Positions 1 through 9,140 are shown, numbered from the stretch's first letter. The stretch: DNA of 39,738 bases from a virus (IMGVR_UViG_2529293069_000032); one strand, 5' to 3'. The notes: generated by a model not told the origin, from the letters alone. Translations and numbers: made by a program.

Positions 1-1002
1 TTACCCTCTATTGTCAAAAGGGTTCAATTCAACAGCAGCCTCTAAATGACCTGGAGCAAAATGCGCATAACGCATAGTCATTTTTATATCGCTATGCCCC
101 AGTATTTTTTGCAACACAAGAATATTTCCACCCCGCATCATAAAATGACTGGCAAACGTGTGACGTAGCACATGAGTTAATTGCCCATCAGGAAGCTCGA
201 TCTTCGCTCTCTTAATTGCAGCGTCAAAAGCCTCATAACATGGTGAAAATAGCGCTCCTCGTTTTTTAGGAAGCATAGCTTGCAATTGAGGTGAAATCGG
301 TACAGTGCGGTTCTTCTTTCCTTTAGTTTTAACAAATGTGATTCGACCGGGCAGTACTTGAGATTGCTTTAATCCTTCTGCTTCACTCCACCGAGCACCA
401 GTCGCAAGCCCAATACGGACAACAACCCCCAAATCTTTATTCCGTGACTCATCACACGCAATCAGAAGGCGTTCAATCTCATCTACATACAGAAACGCCA
501 GTTCCTTTTCTTCCTCACGAAACTTGCGAATACCAGTCAGGGGGTTTTCACCAGACCACTCCCCAAGGCGCTTCAGTTCGGCAAAAACAGCATGTAGATA
601 TGACTGCTCGCGATTAACGGTTGCTTCACTAAGTTTTTTCTTCCCCTTGGGATTCCATTCTCCTGATAGCCTTCTTTCCCGATAAGTAGCAAACATATTT
701 TTGTCAAACTGAGAAGCAAATGGATCTCCCAGCCTGGAACAAATCGCCTCAAGTTTGACTTTGCGCTCTGCACCAGAGGACAAGGTTTTACCGTACATCT
801 CAAACCAACGAGCAATCAACTCAGAAAGACGAGGACCAGAACCATCTTGAAACTCGTCTCCAACTCTACTATTCATTAAACGGCGCTCATAAGAGAGCGC
901 CTCACTTTTTGTCGCAAACTGTTTACGAATGCGTTTTCCCGATGCCCCGTAGGGATAACATTCACAAAGCCATTTACCTGATGGAATCTTACGAACCGAC
1001 AT
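1..1002 (-). CDS. int: Tyrosine site-specific integrase (P2 Int-like)
   Basis: 333 aa ORF; C-terminal catalytic region with HVLRHTFASH ... GHSDIKMTMRYAHF (R-H-R-Y recombinase signature); sits at the prophage left end beside the repressor side, as in P2. Confidence 0.9.
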   Translation of the reverse strand: MSVRKIPSGKWLCECYPYGASGKRIRKQFATKSEALSYERRLMNSRVGDEFQDGSGPRLSELIARWFEMYGKTLSSGAERKVKLEAICSRLGDPFASQFDKNMFATYRERRLSGEWNPKGKKKLSEATVNREQSYLHAVFAELKRLGEWSGENPLTGIRKFREEEKELAFLYVDEIERLLIACDESRNKDLGVVVRIGLATGARWSEAEGLKQSQVLPGRITFVKTKGKKNRTVPISPQLQAMLPKKRGALFSPCYEAFDAAIKRAKIELPDGQLTHVLRHTFASHFMMRGGNILVLQKILGHSDIKMTMRYAHFAPGHLEAAVELNPFDNRG

Positions 1003-1007
1003 TTTAG

Positions 1008-1355
1008 TTACTTATCACATAAATCAAATGCAGCCTTAGTGACATCCCCCAGACTCTTTTTTAACCCTGGGGCGGCATCATTATCTAGCCAAAATGGATT
1101 ATTGTTATCTAACGGTAACGCACCAAATGTTTTACCTTTTATTCGAGCCAAACCTGTAAGTGCATATAACTTATTATCGTCAAAATTCATCACATAAGGA
1201 TTACCATCAAGACACTGTAATTGAACCTCATCAGTATTAAATGGCCATACCCCATTGAAACTCTCACGTTCAATAGTTTTAAAAGGCATTGCGACGGCGG
1301 AAAAAGAAAACATAGATAAAAAAGTAACTAATAGTTGAACCTTTTTTACTTTCAT
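1008..1355 (-). CDS. Secreted periplasmic protein, YebY/DUF2511-like (cargo gene)
   Basis: 115 aa; N-terminal signal peptide (MKVKKVQLLVTFLSMFSFSAVA); W-x-FN-x-DEV-x-L-x-C-x-x-GN-x-YV pattern recalled from YebY family; AT-rich compared with phage core. Confidence 0.5.
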   Translation of the reverse strand: MKVKKVQLLVTFLSMFSFSAVAMPFKTIERESFNGVWPFNTDEVQLQCLDGNPYVMNFDDNKLYALTGLARIKGKTFGALPLDNNNPFWLDNDAAPGLKKSLGDVTKAAFDLCDK

Positions 1356-1384
1356 ATCATTACCTCAATTTAGCTCAAGTAAGA

Positions 1385-2035
1385 TTACAAATTAAAAAAC
1401 GCCCTAGAAATGACACCGCCTACCAAAACCCCTACGCAGATAAAGAATATTATTTCTTTTGGATAAAGTCGGATTAATTCTGAAGCACGAAGTCGGACTT
1501 CTGGTAAGGTCGAACTCTCTATGTGGCTTGATGCCGATTGTTGCTCTAACCACGACAATGCAGACTGTAACTGAGAACGAGTAAGATCGTTTAAACGTCC
1601 TGTACCGAAATTGATATGGCAATACCGCAGAAGTTTTTGTCGAAGTCCACAGTCTTCACTGTTACGTAGTAATAAACTTACAAGAGCCTTACAGGCATCA
1701 TGATCTTTACATCGCTCAAGCATTGCATGCAGAAAACTCTCCGCTGTTTTATATTGATTTACTGTCATATCATCAATACCAGCTACACCAATCTCCGCAT
1801 GTACTTTTTGCCAAATAATAAACGCTTCAGTATTGCTAGCTTCTGCAATAGCAGCAACCAAGCTATTTAGCTCCTTACGCTGAGCCTTAAGCAAAGGGCG
1901 ATCGTCATCATCATTATTCGAAGGGATTGCGATATTGACGGTATGAGAACCATCATATCGCTCTATCTGAATATTCTTTTCGTGAAAATCACGCCCAGCA
2001 ACGCGATTGTTTGAACCGTTTGAGTTGACGGCCAT
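1385..2035 (-). CDS. Hypothetical tail-anchored membrane protein (cargo, co-oriented with repressor)
   Basis: 216 aa; single C-terminal hydrophobic helix (IIFFICVGVLVGGVISRAFF); N-terminus NNRVAGRDF echoes the repressor C-terminus; 16 bp downstream of the repressor stop. Confidence 0.6.
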   Translation of the reverse strand: MAVNSNGSNNRVAGRDFHEKNIQIERYDGSHTVNIAIPSNNDDDDRPLLKAQRKELNSLVAAIAEASNTEAFIIWQKVHAEIGVAGIDDMTVNQYKTAESFLHAMLERCKDHDACKALVSLLLRNSEDCGLRQKLLRYCHINFGTGRLNDLTRSQLQSALSWLEQQSASSHIESSTLPEVRLRASELIRLYPKEIIFFICVGVLVGGVISRAFFNL

Positions 2036-2050
2036 GTCACCTCCCTACTA

Positions 2051-2455
2051 TCACCTACCCTTAGTTTCGTTATAGTCACGACCAGCGATACGGTTATTAC
2101 CACCAGAAATATTTAACTCACGTCCTGATGGCTGAGTTTCCTTTTCACTGATCGCACCTTTTAAAGCCCCAATCACCGCGTTTTTCACATCTAACGAAGC
2201 TGCTCGAAAGCGAGTAATCAATTCCTGCTCATCATCGTTATAAGTTTCAGGTGAGTGAATTCCCAACACAACATACTGAACATCAAGGCCAAAACGAGAC
2301 AGCGCTGCCAAATACGCAGCATCAGGAAAGCTATCTCCTTTCTCATATCTAAGCTGAGTTAGCTTTTTGACTCCACCAATGTCGCTCATGGCAACTTGAC
2401 TAAGTCCCAATCTTTCCCTTTCCTCACGCAACCGCCGACCAATATCATTTTTCAT
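2051..2455 (-). CDS. HTH (XRE-family) immunity repressor, P2 C functional analogue
   Basis: 134 aa; N-terminal helix-turn-helix (RLREERERLGLSQVAMSDIGGVKKLTQLRYEKG); divergent from the early operon across a 75-bp switch region. Confidence 0.75.
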   Translation of the reverse strand: MKNDIGRRLREERERLGLSQVAMSDIGGVKKLTQLRYEKGDSFPDAAYLAALSRFGLDVQYVVLGIHSPETYNDDEQELITRFRAASLDVKNAVIGALKGAISEKETQPSGRELNISGGNNRIAGRDYNETKGR

Positions 2456-2530
2456 ACAAAAACCTTGGCAGGTATCTTTTTTGATACCAAAATGATTTCA
2501 CGAGCTATTAGATGATCACAATATACCACT
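2456..2530. promoter_or_regulatory. Divergent lysis/lysogeny switch region (Pc/Pe promoters and operators)
   Basis: 75-bp AT-rich gap between the divergent repressor and early operon; exact operators not resolved by eye. Confidence 0.4.
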
Positions 2531-2737
2531 ATGAAACAAGTTCTTCACGATACCAGATCACGCATTCCGCGTAACACCGCCACAGGTCCAAGACTGGCAC
2601 TTCGGCTGTCCCTCGAGGAGCGAGCCGTCATTGATGAAATGGCAGCTAAAGAACAACGCTCATCCTCTAACATGGCGCGCATGATCTTCCTTCGCGGCCT
2701 AGAGCTAACCCAGAAAGAACAAAACAAATCTTCCTGA
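2531..2737 (+). CDS. Ribbon-helix-helix DNA-binding protein, first gene of early operon (Cox/Cro-like)
   Basis: 68 aa; RLALRLSLEERAVIDEMAAKE fits a beta-strand then helix RHH (Arc/CopG-like) pattern; position equals P2 cox / 186 apl. Confidence 0.55.
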   Translation: MKQVLHDTRSRIPRNTATGPRLALRLSLEERAVIDEMAAKEQRSSSNMARMIFLRGLELTQKEQNKSS

Positions 2738-2753
2738 TCAGGAGGCTAGTGGG

Positions 2754-2957
2754 ATGTCAGGTATAACCATCAATATCAATGTGAATGCCCCCTATGTATC
2801 CCTGCAGAAATATGCAGAGATAACAGGTATCCCTCTTAATACATGCAAAAAGATGTTGGCTGACGGTCGAATTATTATCCGCCCCAAACGCGCCAAAATG
2901 GAAAAGCCTGAAGTAAACCTTGTGGCGATGTTAAAAGACGCTTTGGCTAACAGCTAA
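2754..2957 (+). CDS. Small putative DNA-binding early protein
   Basis: 67 aa ORF; basic HTH-like segment (LQKYAEITGIPLNTCKKMLADGRI). Confidence 0.45.
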   Translation: MSGITININVNAPYVSLQKYAEITGIPLNTCKKMLADGRIIIRPKRAKMEKPEVNLVAMLKDALANS

Positions 2958-2978
2958 AACAATGAACAGAGCACCATC

Positions 2979-3329
2979 ATGAAAAAAAACGCTAATAATC
3001 CATACTCCAAATTTCGTAATGGCGTAGAACGCCATGTACACCACGTCGCTACCAGTGCATCACGTAGTAACAGTCGCTATAACCTGAACGAGACGCATGC
3101 AACACCGGATGGCCACGCTGTAAAACAAATCGGCGAACATGCCTGGCTGATTGAGAAAGCTGGAATCGTGGTCCACAAATGCCCACGCAATCCGTTTACC
3201 GGGAACCGCATTTTTGCATTGAACTGCGGCGACAATCACTTCGGGCAGGATTTCACATTATACGAAGCACTTCGCACGGTTGATCGTCTGCTTCGCGGGC
3301 AAAGTTTTATTAAACAGGCTGATTTATAA
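2979..3329 (+). CDS. Hypothetical early protein
   Basis: 116 aa ORF in early operon; no recognisable motif. Confidence 0.5.
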   Translation: MKKNANNPYSKFRNGVERHVHHVATSASRSNSRYNLNETHATPDGHAVKQIGEHAWLIEKAGIVVHKCPRNPFTGNRIFALNCGDNHFGQDFTLYEALRTVDRLLRGQSFIKQADL

Positions 3330-3339
3330 CAGGTGCTTT

Positions 3340-3618
3340 ATGACCAAAGAGCATGCACAAGGTGTATTTATCCGTTTTATTGATTTTCGCGGTGAACTGT
3401 TATTACGCGCATCAGCCATTGACGGAATTGTTCCATCCGAAAAAAACGCAGCTACTTACGTTTATCTGAACGGTACGCGCCTGACTGTGGAGCTTCCGTA
3501 CCAGACCGTACGAGAAATCATTAGCGAAGCTGAAAAGGCACGTCAGGTTAATGGCGATGAACCCTATATCGAAATTATTTGTATGGATTCAGAAGCTGAA
3601 ATTCAGAAAGCAGATTAA
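3340..3618 (+). CDS. Hypothetical early protein
   Basis: Track ORF 3280-3618; internal ATG at 3340 (MTKEHAQ...) avoids overlap with the upstream gene. Confidence 0.5.
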   Translation: MTKEHAQGVFIRFIDFRGELLLRASAIDGIVPSEKNAATYVYLNGTRLTVELPYQTVREIISEAEKARQVNGDEPYIEIICMDSEAEIQKAD

Positions 3619-3629
3619 AGGGCGTTGCG

Positions 3630-3872
3630 ATGGGCAAAGAATATAAAACTCTCATTAACAAAGCACCTGAACGATTTTATTTTCGCTTAAGTGCATCAGG
3701 CGCTCATGCTGAACGTGCAGCCCGTGACTCATTGACCAGGGCAATCCGGAGTTTGTATGACGTTGCTTTTTACGCTGATGATCTGGATGCACTTAACGAA
3801 CTTTCCGAGCTGATCTGTGCCGCAGAATGCGGGGAACACATTGAACCATATAAGCTGGGGAATATCGCATGA
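3630..3872 (+). CDS. Hypothetical early protein
   Basis: 80 aa ORF with upstream purine-rich SD. Confidence 0.5.
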   Translation: MGKEYKTLINKAPERFYFRLSASGAHAERAARDSLTRAIRSLYDVAFYADDLDALNELSELICAAECGEHIEPYKLGNIA

Positions 3873-3982
3873 GTATATTTATCTCATGGCTTGTTCTGAT
3901 TATTTCGGTGGCCTGCGCCATTGGGATTATGCGAATTATTCATTCAGTAAAAAAGATTGAACGCTTTTTCACTGACAAATAA
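3869..3982 (+). CDS. Small single-pass membrane peptide (37 aa), tentative
   Basis: ATGA start/stop overlap with upstream gene; MSIFISWLVLIISVACAIGIMRIIHSVKKIERFFTDK; below the track length cutoff. Confidence 0.3.
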   Translation: MSIFISWLVLIISVACAIGIMRIIHSVKKIERFFTDK

Positions 3983-4074
3983 CAGCTTAAACAGAACACC
4001 AGATTAAACCCGAAAACCTGAAAACTATCCGCATTCGCGGAGGTATTCGCACACGTAAATAACGGAGATATAAA

Positions 4075-4491
4075 ATGAACGCAAAAGAAAAAAATATTAT
4101 CAATACATTAAAAATAGTGTCAGCAGAGCAAGACAAGCTGTCCAGGGCAGCCCAGAAAGATAATCAACATATGGCAGCGCTTTACGCACTGACCATCGCA
4201 ATAGCCACCCCTGAAGCAGCCAAAGTTATTGAGGAACAGAGCAAAGAAATCGACACTCTTAAAACACAGTCAACAGTTGCAGCCATGAATCCGTCCAGCA
4301 TTGGACGCTGCATTTATATTCTTGGTTCAGCAATGATGCTGCAATACACCATTATTGCCGAACTGCACGGCAAATACCTGATAACGCCTTACCACACAAA
4401 AGAGTCAGAGCTTCTGACAAATCTCCGCCTGATAGAACGCTCTCAAGCTGTATTCATTGATGACGCGCAACGTGCCGTATTTAACGCATAG
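4075..4491 (+). CDS. Hypothetical early protein
   Basis: 138 aa; GGAGA SD 8 nt upstream of ATG. Confidence 0.55.
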   Translation: MNAKEKNIINTLKIVSAEQDKLSRAAQKDNQHMAALYALTIAIATPEAAKVIEEQSKEIDTLKTQSTVAAMNPSSIGRCIYILGSAMMLQYTIIAELHGKYLITPYHTKESELLTNLRLIERSQAVFIDDAQRAVFNA

Positions 4492-4514
4492 GGTTACTGG
4501 ACAAAGGGGGCGCA

Positions 4515-4718
4515 ATGGCAATTAAGCATTTTCCCGTCGTTCGCTTTACCTCCAGAGGGCGCGAATACGAGGTCGACGAACGCCTGATTACCACTATCGA
4601 CAAACATCGTTCGGAAAAGGATGCACACCACATCTACCTCACTGACGGCACTTACTTCTGCGCCACCAACGTGGCGCGAGTAAATCTTATCCGACAGGTA
4701 CAGGAGCCACGCAGATGA
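4515..4718 (+). CDS. Hypothetical early protein
   Basis: 67 aa; SD AAAGGGGG upstream; stop overlaps next start. Confidence 0.5.
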   Translation: MAIKHFPVVRFTSRGREYEVDERLITTIDKHRSEKDAHHIYLTDGTYFCATNVARVNLIRQVQEPRR

Positions 4719-4981
4719 CCATTCTGGACTACATCGCTACTCATCCGGGGTGTAGCGGCGGAGAGATCGCCGCAGCACTGAATACCCCAACCACAGCCAT
4801 TAATGCTGAGTTACGCCGACTTTGGCGCGGCGGCTTAGTCATCAGAACAAACCGCAGCACAGGTGGTCGCGCTCGCAAAACAGGAGGCCAGGCTTCTTAC
4901 CACGTAAACCCGATGCCGTTCGGGTGTAGCAATCCACTTACTCACATGTTTAACCAGCTACTGAAGGAAGCCAGAGCATGA
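4715..4981 (+). CDS. Hypothetical early protein (possible winged-helix DNA-binding)
   Basis: 88 aa; translationally coupled (ATGA overlaps) to both neighbours. Confidence 0.5.
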   Translation: MTILDYIATHPGCSGGEIAAALNTPTTAINAELRRLWRGGLVIRTNRSTGGRARKTGGQASYHVNPMPFGCSNPLTHMFNQLLKEARA

Positions 4982-5277
4982 GCACCATCAACCACCAGAA
5001 GCTACGCGAACTGGCATTTGCCCTGCAACGAATGGCAACGCCTCAAAAATTACTGGCATTTCGCGCAATGCTCTCGCCGTCTGCTGTGCTGGCACTGCTG
5101 GATCAGCTGGAGCACGCCAGAACCACGGCTCCTGCCATTCGCCTCACGCTCCATCATGAAATCGCTGATTTCTGCGCAACGCTGGGGGCACCTGGCGAAC
5201 CGGAAACGCCGGAAGCAATGCAGCAAGAGCTGCTGCAACGCATCGATAACGTTTTTGATTTTTTTCTGAACCAGTAA
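4978..5277 (+). CDS. Hypothetical early protein
   Basis: 99 aa; coupled to upstream ORF. Confidence 0.5.
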   Translation: MSTINHQKLRELAFALQRMATPQKLLAFRAMLSPSAVLALLDQLEHARTTAPAIRLTLHHEIADFCATLGAPGEPETPEAMQQELLQRIDNVFDFFLNQ

Positions 5278-5366
5278 GAAACCAGAACATGCACACACAA
5301 AAAAACCGCTTGCCATGCCGCAATCGGTCAGGTTACATTTCCGCTGCACCTCATAAAACGGGTGCC

Positions 5367-5560
5367 GGGATTCTCAACCCGATACAGAGCAAAGCGCATA
5401 ACCGCGCTAGCGGTTTTTTTGTGCGTACTGTATTGCCACGTCTTTTTCGCGTCAGAATTATGGCGGGGCGTACGGGGCCGACTTCGGTCGGGCCGGATTC
5501 TTTGCTCTCCGGTGTTGAGAACCCTGTACGTCTCGCCACCCCGAGATTCTCAACTCTGGA
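5367..5560 (+). ncRNA. Structured non-coding element: long-range stem, UUCG-tetraloop hairpin, internal intrinsic terminator, three ATTCTCAAC copies (candidate attenuator or sRNA)
   Basis: 5367-5394 pairs with 5500-5524 (about 22 bp); hairpin ACCGCGCTAGCGGT+T7 at about 5402-5420; CCGAC-UUCG-GUCGG at about 5477-5495; third motif copy at about 5546-5556. Strand and boundaries uncertain. Confidence 0.3.
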
Positions 5561-5599
5561 TGGTGAGTTATTTCTATCACCGAGCAAAGAGGCCACACC

Positions 5600-5830
5600 A
5601 TGGCAGACCGCAAACAGCACCGCGCTATCGCGGAGCGTCGTCACATCCAGACTGAAATCAACCGCAGACTTTCCCGCGCATCACGCGTCGCGCAAATCAT
5701 GCACATCAATATGCTGCATGAGCGCAGCCACGCACTATCAAACATTTATTCCGCCTCTGTTTTCAGCTATCTGGCGGATGATCTGCACGAGTTTCAACAG
5801 CTCATCCAGCAGCAAAACAAACTCCATTAA
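5600..5830 (+). CDS. Hypothetical protein
   Basis: 76 aa; AAAGAGG SD 7 nt upstream of ATG. Confidence 0.5.
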   Translation: MADRKQHRAIAERRHIQTEINRRLSRASRVAQIMHINMLHERSHALSNIYSASVFSYLADDLHEFQQLIQQQNKLH

Positions 5831-5902
5831 TTCCTGTTCCGGGCCTTTCCTGCACCTTGCGGCGGGAGGCCTTCGCACATCTGTAACAAGAGGATTGCCG
5901 CA

Positions 5903-6268
5903 ATGATTCTCGCCAACGACTTTCTTGAATACCTGCTCAACACAGAACGTGATCTTGCCGCTCGCGTGCGTGATCGTTATGACATGTACCTGAAATCCCT
6001 GCCTGTACCGCAGCTCGCTGACGGAAAGATTGTTATTGATGGTCGCTACATGATTGACAGCCACGAGGGAAATTACAGGCTTTACCGCATTGAAGGTGGC
6101 ACCCCGTCCGTTATTGGCATTTACCAGCGCCCATCCTCTGCAATCGTCGATGAGATTGCCGACAGCATCCGCATCACACATCGCCATGCCGACACAGAAG
6201 ACACCGTGCTGGAAATTCAGCGGCTGGCTACAGCCTGCCGCGACACCCTGAATGGCATGACGAAGTAA
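5903..6268 (+). CDS. Hypothetical protein immediately upstream of gene A
   Basis: 121 aa ORF, high-GC phage-core composition. Confidence 0.55.
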   Translation: MILANDFLEYLLNTERDLAARVRDRYDMYLKSLPVPQLADGKIVIDGRYMIDSHEGNYRLYRIEGGTPSVIGIYQRPSSAIVDEIADSIRITHRHADTEDTVLEIQRLATACRDTLNGMTK

Positions 6269-6274
6269 ATCACT

Positions 6275-9097
6275 ATGACGGCAGAGTACATCAGGGACTG
6301 GCAACAACCGCGCCACGCAGTGGGGCGTGAAGGAACGGGGATCCCCGCTCCTGAATCCGCGCTTTCCTCCTGGCTGGATGCCTACCGGGTAGAGAACGAG
6401 CGCCGCCAGGAAATGGCTGATGCGGCGTTCTCCGCAACGCCGCTGGGCAACCTGATTAATAAAAGCCTGGACGCACAGGAAAAACAGGACAAAACCATCA
6501 CACTGGCAGGAGACGCCAGAAAACAGGCACGCGGTGCGGTGGATGAAGCCATGGCCTCGCTGCGCCTGCTGCCGTCCTATCTGCGCGATCCGCTTATTCG
6601 CCACCTCTCCTTCCTGCGCAAAAAACAGGAAGCCGATCGTCAGAAAGGCAAAAAGAGCTGGCAGGCTGAACGCTACGCGCGCGGAAACCTGCGCAAAATA
6701 TTCGAACGTCTGGAGCGCACCGATCACCGCTGGCTGACACAGGGTTATCGCTCCCTTGCCGGACGCGAACGCCTGGACGATTTGCTTTACCTGCCGCAGC
6801 TCAACAAACACCAGATACAGACGCTGGCCACCATGACGGCGGCGATGTTCAGCAGCACCTTCGAAAAACTCTGCGATGGCTTTGGCGCGACCGATGGCGA
6901 ACTGACCATGGATGTAACGCTGAAGGCGTATCAGATGCTGGCCCGCATGGCGTTACACCTGCACGCCATGCCTCCACATTATGACGCACTGACAACAGAC
7001 AAAGACCGGAGGAACGAACCGGACACGGAGCTGCTGCCGGGCGCAATCCTTCGCCTGACCTGTGCGGAATGGTGGAAACGCAAACTGTGGCTGTTACGTT
7101 GCGAGTGGAGAGAAGAACAACTCCGCGCCGCCTGTCTGGTTTCCAGAAAAACATCGCCCTATCTGAGCCAGGACGCGTTAAGCGAGTTTCGCGCACAGCG
7201 CGAGAAAACACGCGATTTCCTGAAAAGTTTCATGCTGGAAAACGAAGACGGGTTCACGATTGATCTCGAGACAGTGTATTACGCGGGAGTAAGTAACCCG
7301 GTTCACCGTAAGGCAGAAATGATGGCCACCATGAAGGGGCTGGAACTTCTGGCCGAAGCCCGTGGCGACAAAGCGGTGTTTCTGACTGTCACCTGCCCGT
7401 CAAAATACCACGCTACAACAGAGAACGGTCATCCGAATCCCAAATGGAACGGGGCCACCATGCGCGACTCCAGCGATTACCTGGTTAACACGTTTTTTGC
7501 GGCGGTCCGCAAGAAACTGAACCGCGACGGCCTGCGCTGGTATGGCATCCGCACGGTGGAGCCTCACCATGACGGCACCGTGCACTGGCATATGATGGTC
7601 TTTGCTCATCCGGAAGAAATCGACACCATTGTGTCCCACACCCGCGATATTGCCATTCAGGAAGATCGTCACGAGCTGGGCGATGATATTACTCCGCGCT
7701 TTAAGGCGGAGTATGTCGACGGCTCAAAAGGCACGCCAACCAGCTACATCGCCACCTACATCGGAAAAAACCTGGACAGCCGCGCCGTGGATGGCATCGA
7801 CCCGAAAACAGGCAAACCACGCGTTGACCACGAAACCGGAAAATCAATGACCGAGAGCGTGGAACGCGCCATTGGCTGGGCGCGCCTTCACCGGGTCCGC
7901 CAGTTCCAGTTCTTTGGCATCCCCTCCCGTCAGGTGTGGCGTGAACTGCGTCGCCTTGCCAGCCAGATGGCACGCAACCCGGAAGGCCCGCAACGGCTGA
8001 AGGATGACGCAATGGATGCGGTTCTTGCTGCCGCTGATGCCGGATGTTTTGCCACCTACATTGAGAAACAGGGAGGCGTACTTGTTCCACGCAAGGACTA
8101 CCTGATTCGCACCGCCTACGACCTCGCAGATGAGCTGAACGATTACGGCGAACAGAGCGTACAGATTTACGGGATCTGGTCACCACTCATCGGGGAATCC
8201 TCCCGTGTGTGCACGCACCCGGATAACTGGAAGCTGGTAAGACGTAAACCGGGAGTAGAAGACAGCGCCCGCGAAAATGGTTTTGACCTTCAGGGCGGCC
8301 CTGCCGCCCCTTGGACTCGTGGCAATAACTGTCCCCGTGTACAGGAAACGGACAACAACGGGACAGAACAGCCGGAAGAACGGCCAGCACCGTGGCCGCA
8401 GCTTCCTGACGGCGTTGACGTGAACGAATGGATGCGCTCACTGAAACGGCACGAACGCCGGGCGCTGATGCGTTCGCTTCGTGACAAACAGGCAAAAAAC
8501 AGCAGTGATGAAATGCAGAGCTGGACACAGAGCCGCAAACAGCAGCGGCCTTTGCCTGATAACCACGAATTACTCGCTAAAGAATGGCGGGAGTCTGCTG
8601 AATCTCTCGGCCTGCATATCGGTGAACAACAGATGCAGCACCTGTTACGGGGCGGCAGTCTGTACGTTGACGGCAGCATCATTGCACCGCAGGGATTTGA
8701 AATTGTACGCAAACCGGATACCCGCCCGGACAGCCGAATCACGCAGCTCTGGCAGCGCCTGAGCCGTAATCATGGCGTAAGCAGCACGGAGATCCGCCAT
8801 AACCCGGTCGCCAGCTATCTGGCACAGCTGGGGGCATCAGACCCTGAAGCCGCCGCACGCCTGGCATCCACACTTCAGCAGGACCAGAACACCATGAAAA
8901 CACCCGTTACCGTGCTTTCTGACATGCTGCGCGCCATCCGCGACGCAGAGCACGCACAGAGAATCAGTGAAACCACTGAACGCGCCAGCCGCAAAGCAGA
9001 CCTGCTGCGGGGTGGCCTGACCAGTGGAAACAAAAAACAGACAGAAACGGGACTCACAAATCCCGTAAATGAGCAAAAAACGCGCCGCGATATATGA
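6275..9097 (+). CDS. A: Rolling-circle replication initiation endonuclease (P2 gpA family), with long C-terminal extension
   Basis: 940 aa; HUH-type motif TVHWHMMVF and surrounding GPA-family pattern; canonical P2 A is about 760 aa, so about 180 aa of Q/R-rich C-terminal extension. Confidence 0.85.
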   Translation: MTAEYIRDWQQPRHAVGREGTGIPAPESALSSWLDAYRVENERRQEMADAAFSATPLGNLINKSLDAQEKQDKTITLAGDARKQARGAVDEAMASLRLLPSYLRDPLIRHLSFLRKKQEADRQKGKKSWQAERYARGNLRKIFERLERTDHRWLTQGYRSLAGRERLDDLLYLPQLNKHQIQTLATMTAAMFSSTFEKLCDGFGATDGELTMDVTLKAYQMLARMALHLHAMPPHYDALTTDKDRRNEPDTELLPGAILRLTCAEWWKRKLWLLRCEWREEQLRAACLVSRKTSPYLSQDALSEFRAQREKTRDFLKSFMLENEDGFTIDLETVYYAGVSNPVHRKAEMMATMKGLELLAEARGDKAVFLTVTCPSKYHATTENGHPNPKWNGATMRDSSDYLVNTFFAAVRKKLNRDGLRWYGIRTVEPHHDGTVHWHMMVFAHPEEIDTIVSHTRDIAIQEDRHELGDDITPRFKAEYVDGSKGTPTSYIATYIGKNLDSRAVDGIDPKTGKPRVDHETGKSMTESVERAIGWARLHRVRQFQFFGIPSRQVWRELRRLASQMARNPEGPQRLKDDAMDAVLAAADAGCFATYIEKQGGVLVPRKDYLIRTAYDLADELNDYGEQSVQIYGIWSPLIGESSRVCTHPDNWKLVRRKPGVEDSARENGFDLQGGPAAPWTRGNNCPRVQETDNNGTEQPEERPAPWPQLPDGVDVNEWMRSLKRHERRALMRSLRDKQAKNSSDEMQSWTQSRKQQRPLPDNHELLAKEWRESAESLGLHIGEQQMQHLLRGGSLYVDGSIIAPQGFEIVRKPDTRPDSRITQLWQRLSRNHGVSSTEIRHNPVASYLAQLGASDPEAAARLASTLQQDQNTMKTPVTVLSDMLRAIRDAEHAQRISETTERASRKADLLRGGLTSGNKKQTETGLTNPVNEQKTRRDI

Positions 9098-9140
9098 AGC
9101 GCGCACAAAACAGGCAAAAGCGGGATTTAAAAATCCTGTA
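9030..9140. promoter_or_regulatory. Candidate parC-like centromere/operator upstream of parM
   Basis: Two direct repeats about 75 bp apart (ACAAAAAACAGACAGAAACGGGACT at about 9030-9054; ACAAAACAGGCAAAAGCGGGATT at about 9105-9127), each ending in a short palindrome; overlaps the 3' end of A. Confidence 0.35.

Noticed and set aside
5367-5560. Possible retron msr/msd (inverted repeats flanking a structured RNA)
   Set aside because: No reverse transcriptase gene adjacent or anywhere in the window; P2-family retrons occupy the A-to-Q hotspot rather than the early operon.
5289-5906. 205-aa plus-strand ORF and overlapping 97-aa ORFs across the structured intergenic region
   Set aside because: They run through an intrinsic terminator and stable hairpins and overlap a downstream gene that has a good SD; the RNA-structure explanation fits better.
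5738-6811. 357-aa ORF on the minus strand antisense to the start of gene A and the preceding small gene
   Set aside because: Lies entirely antisense to well-supported GC-rich phage genes; long antisense ORFs are expected by chance in high-GC DNA and it has no recognisable motif.
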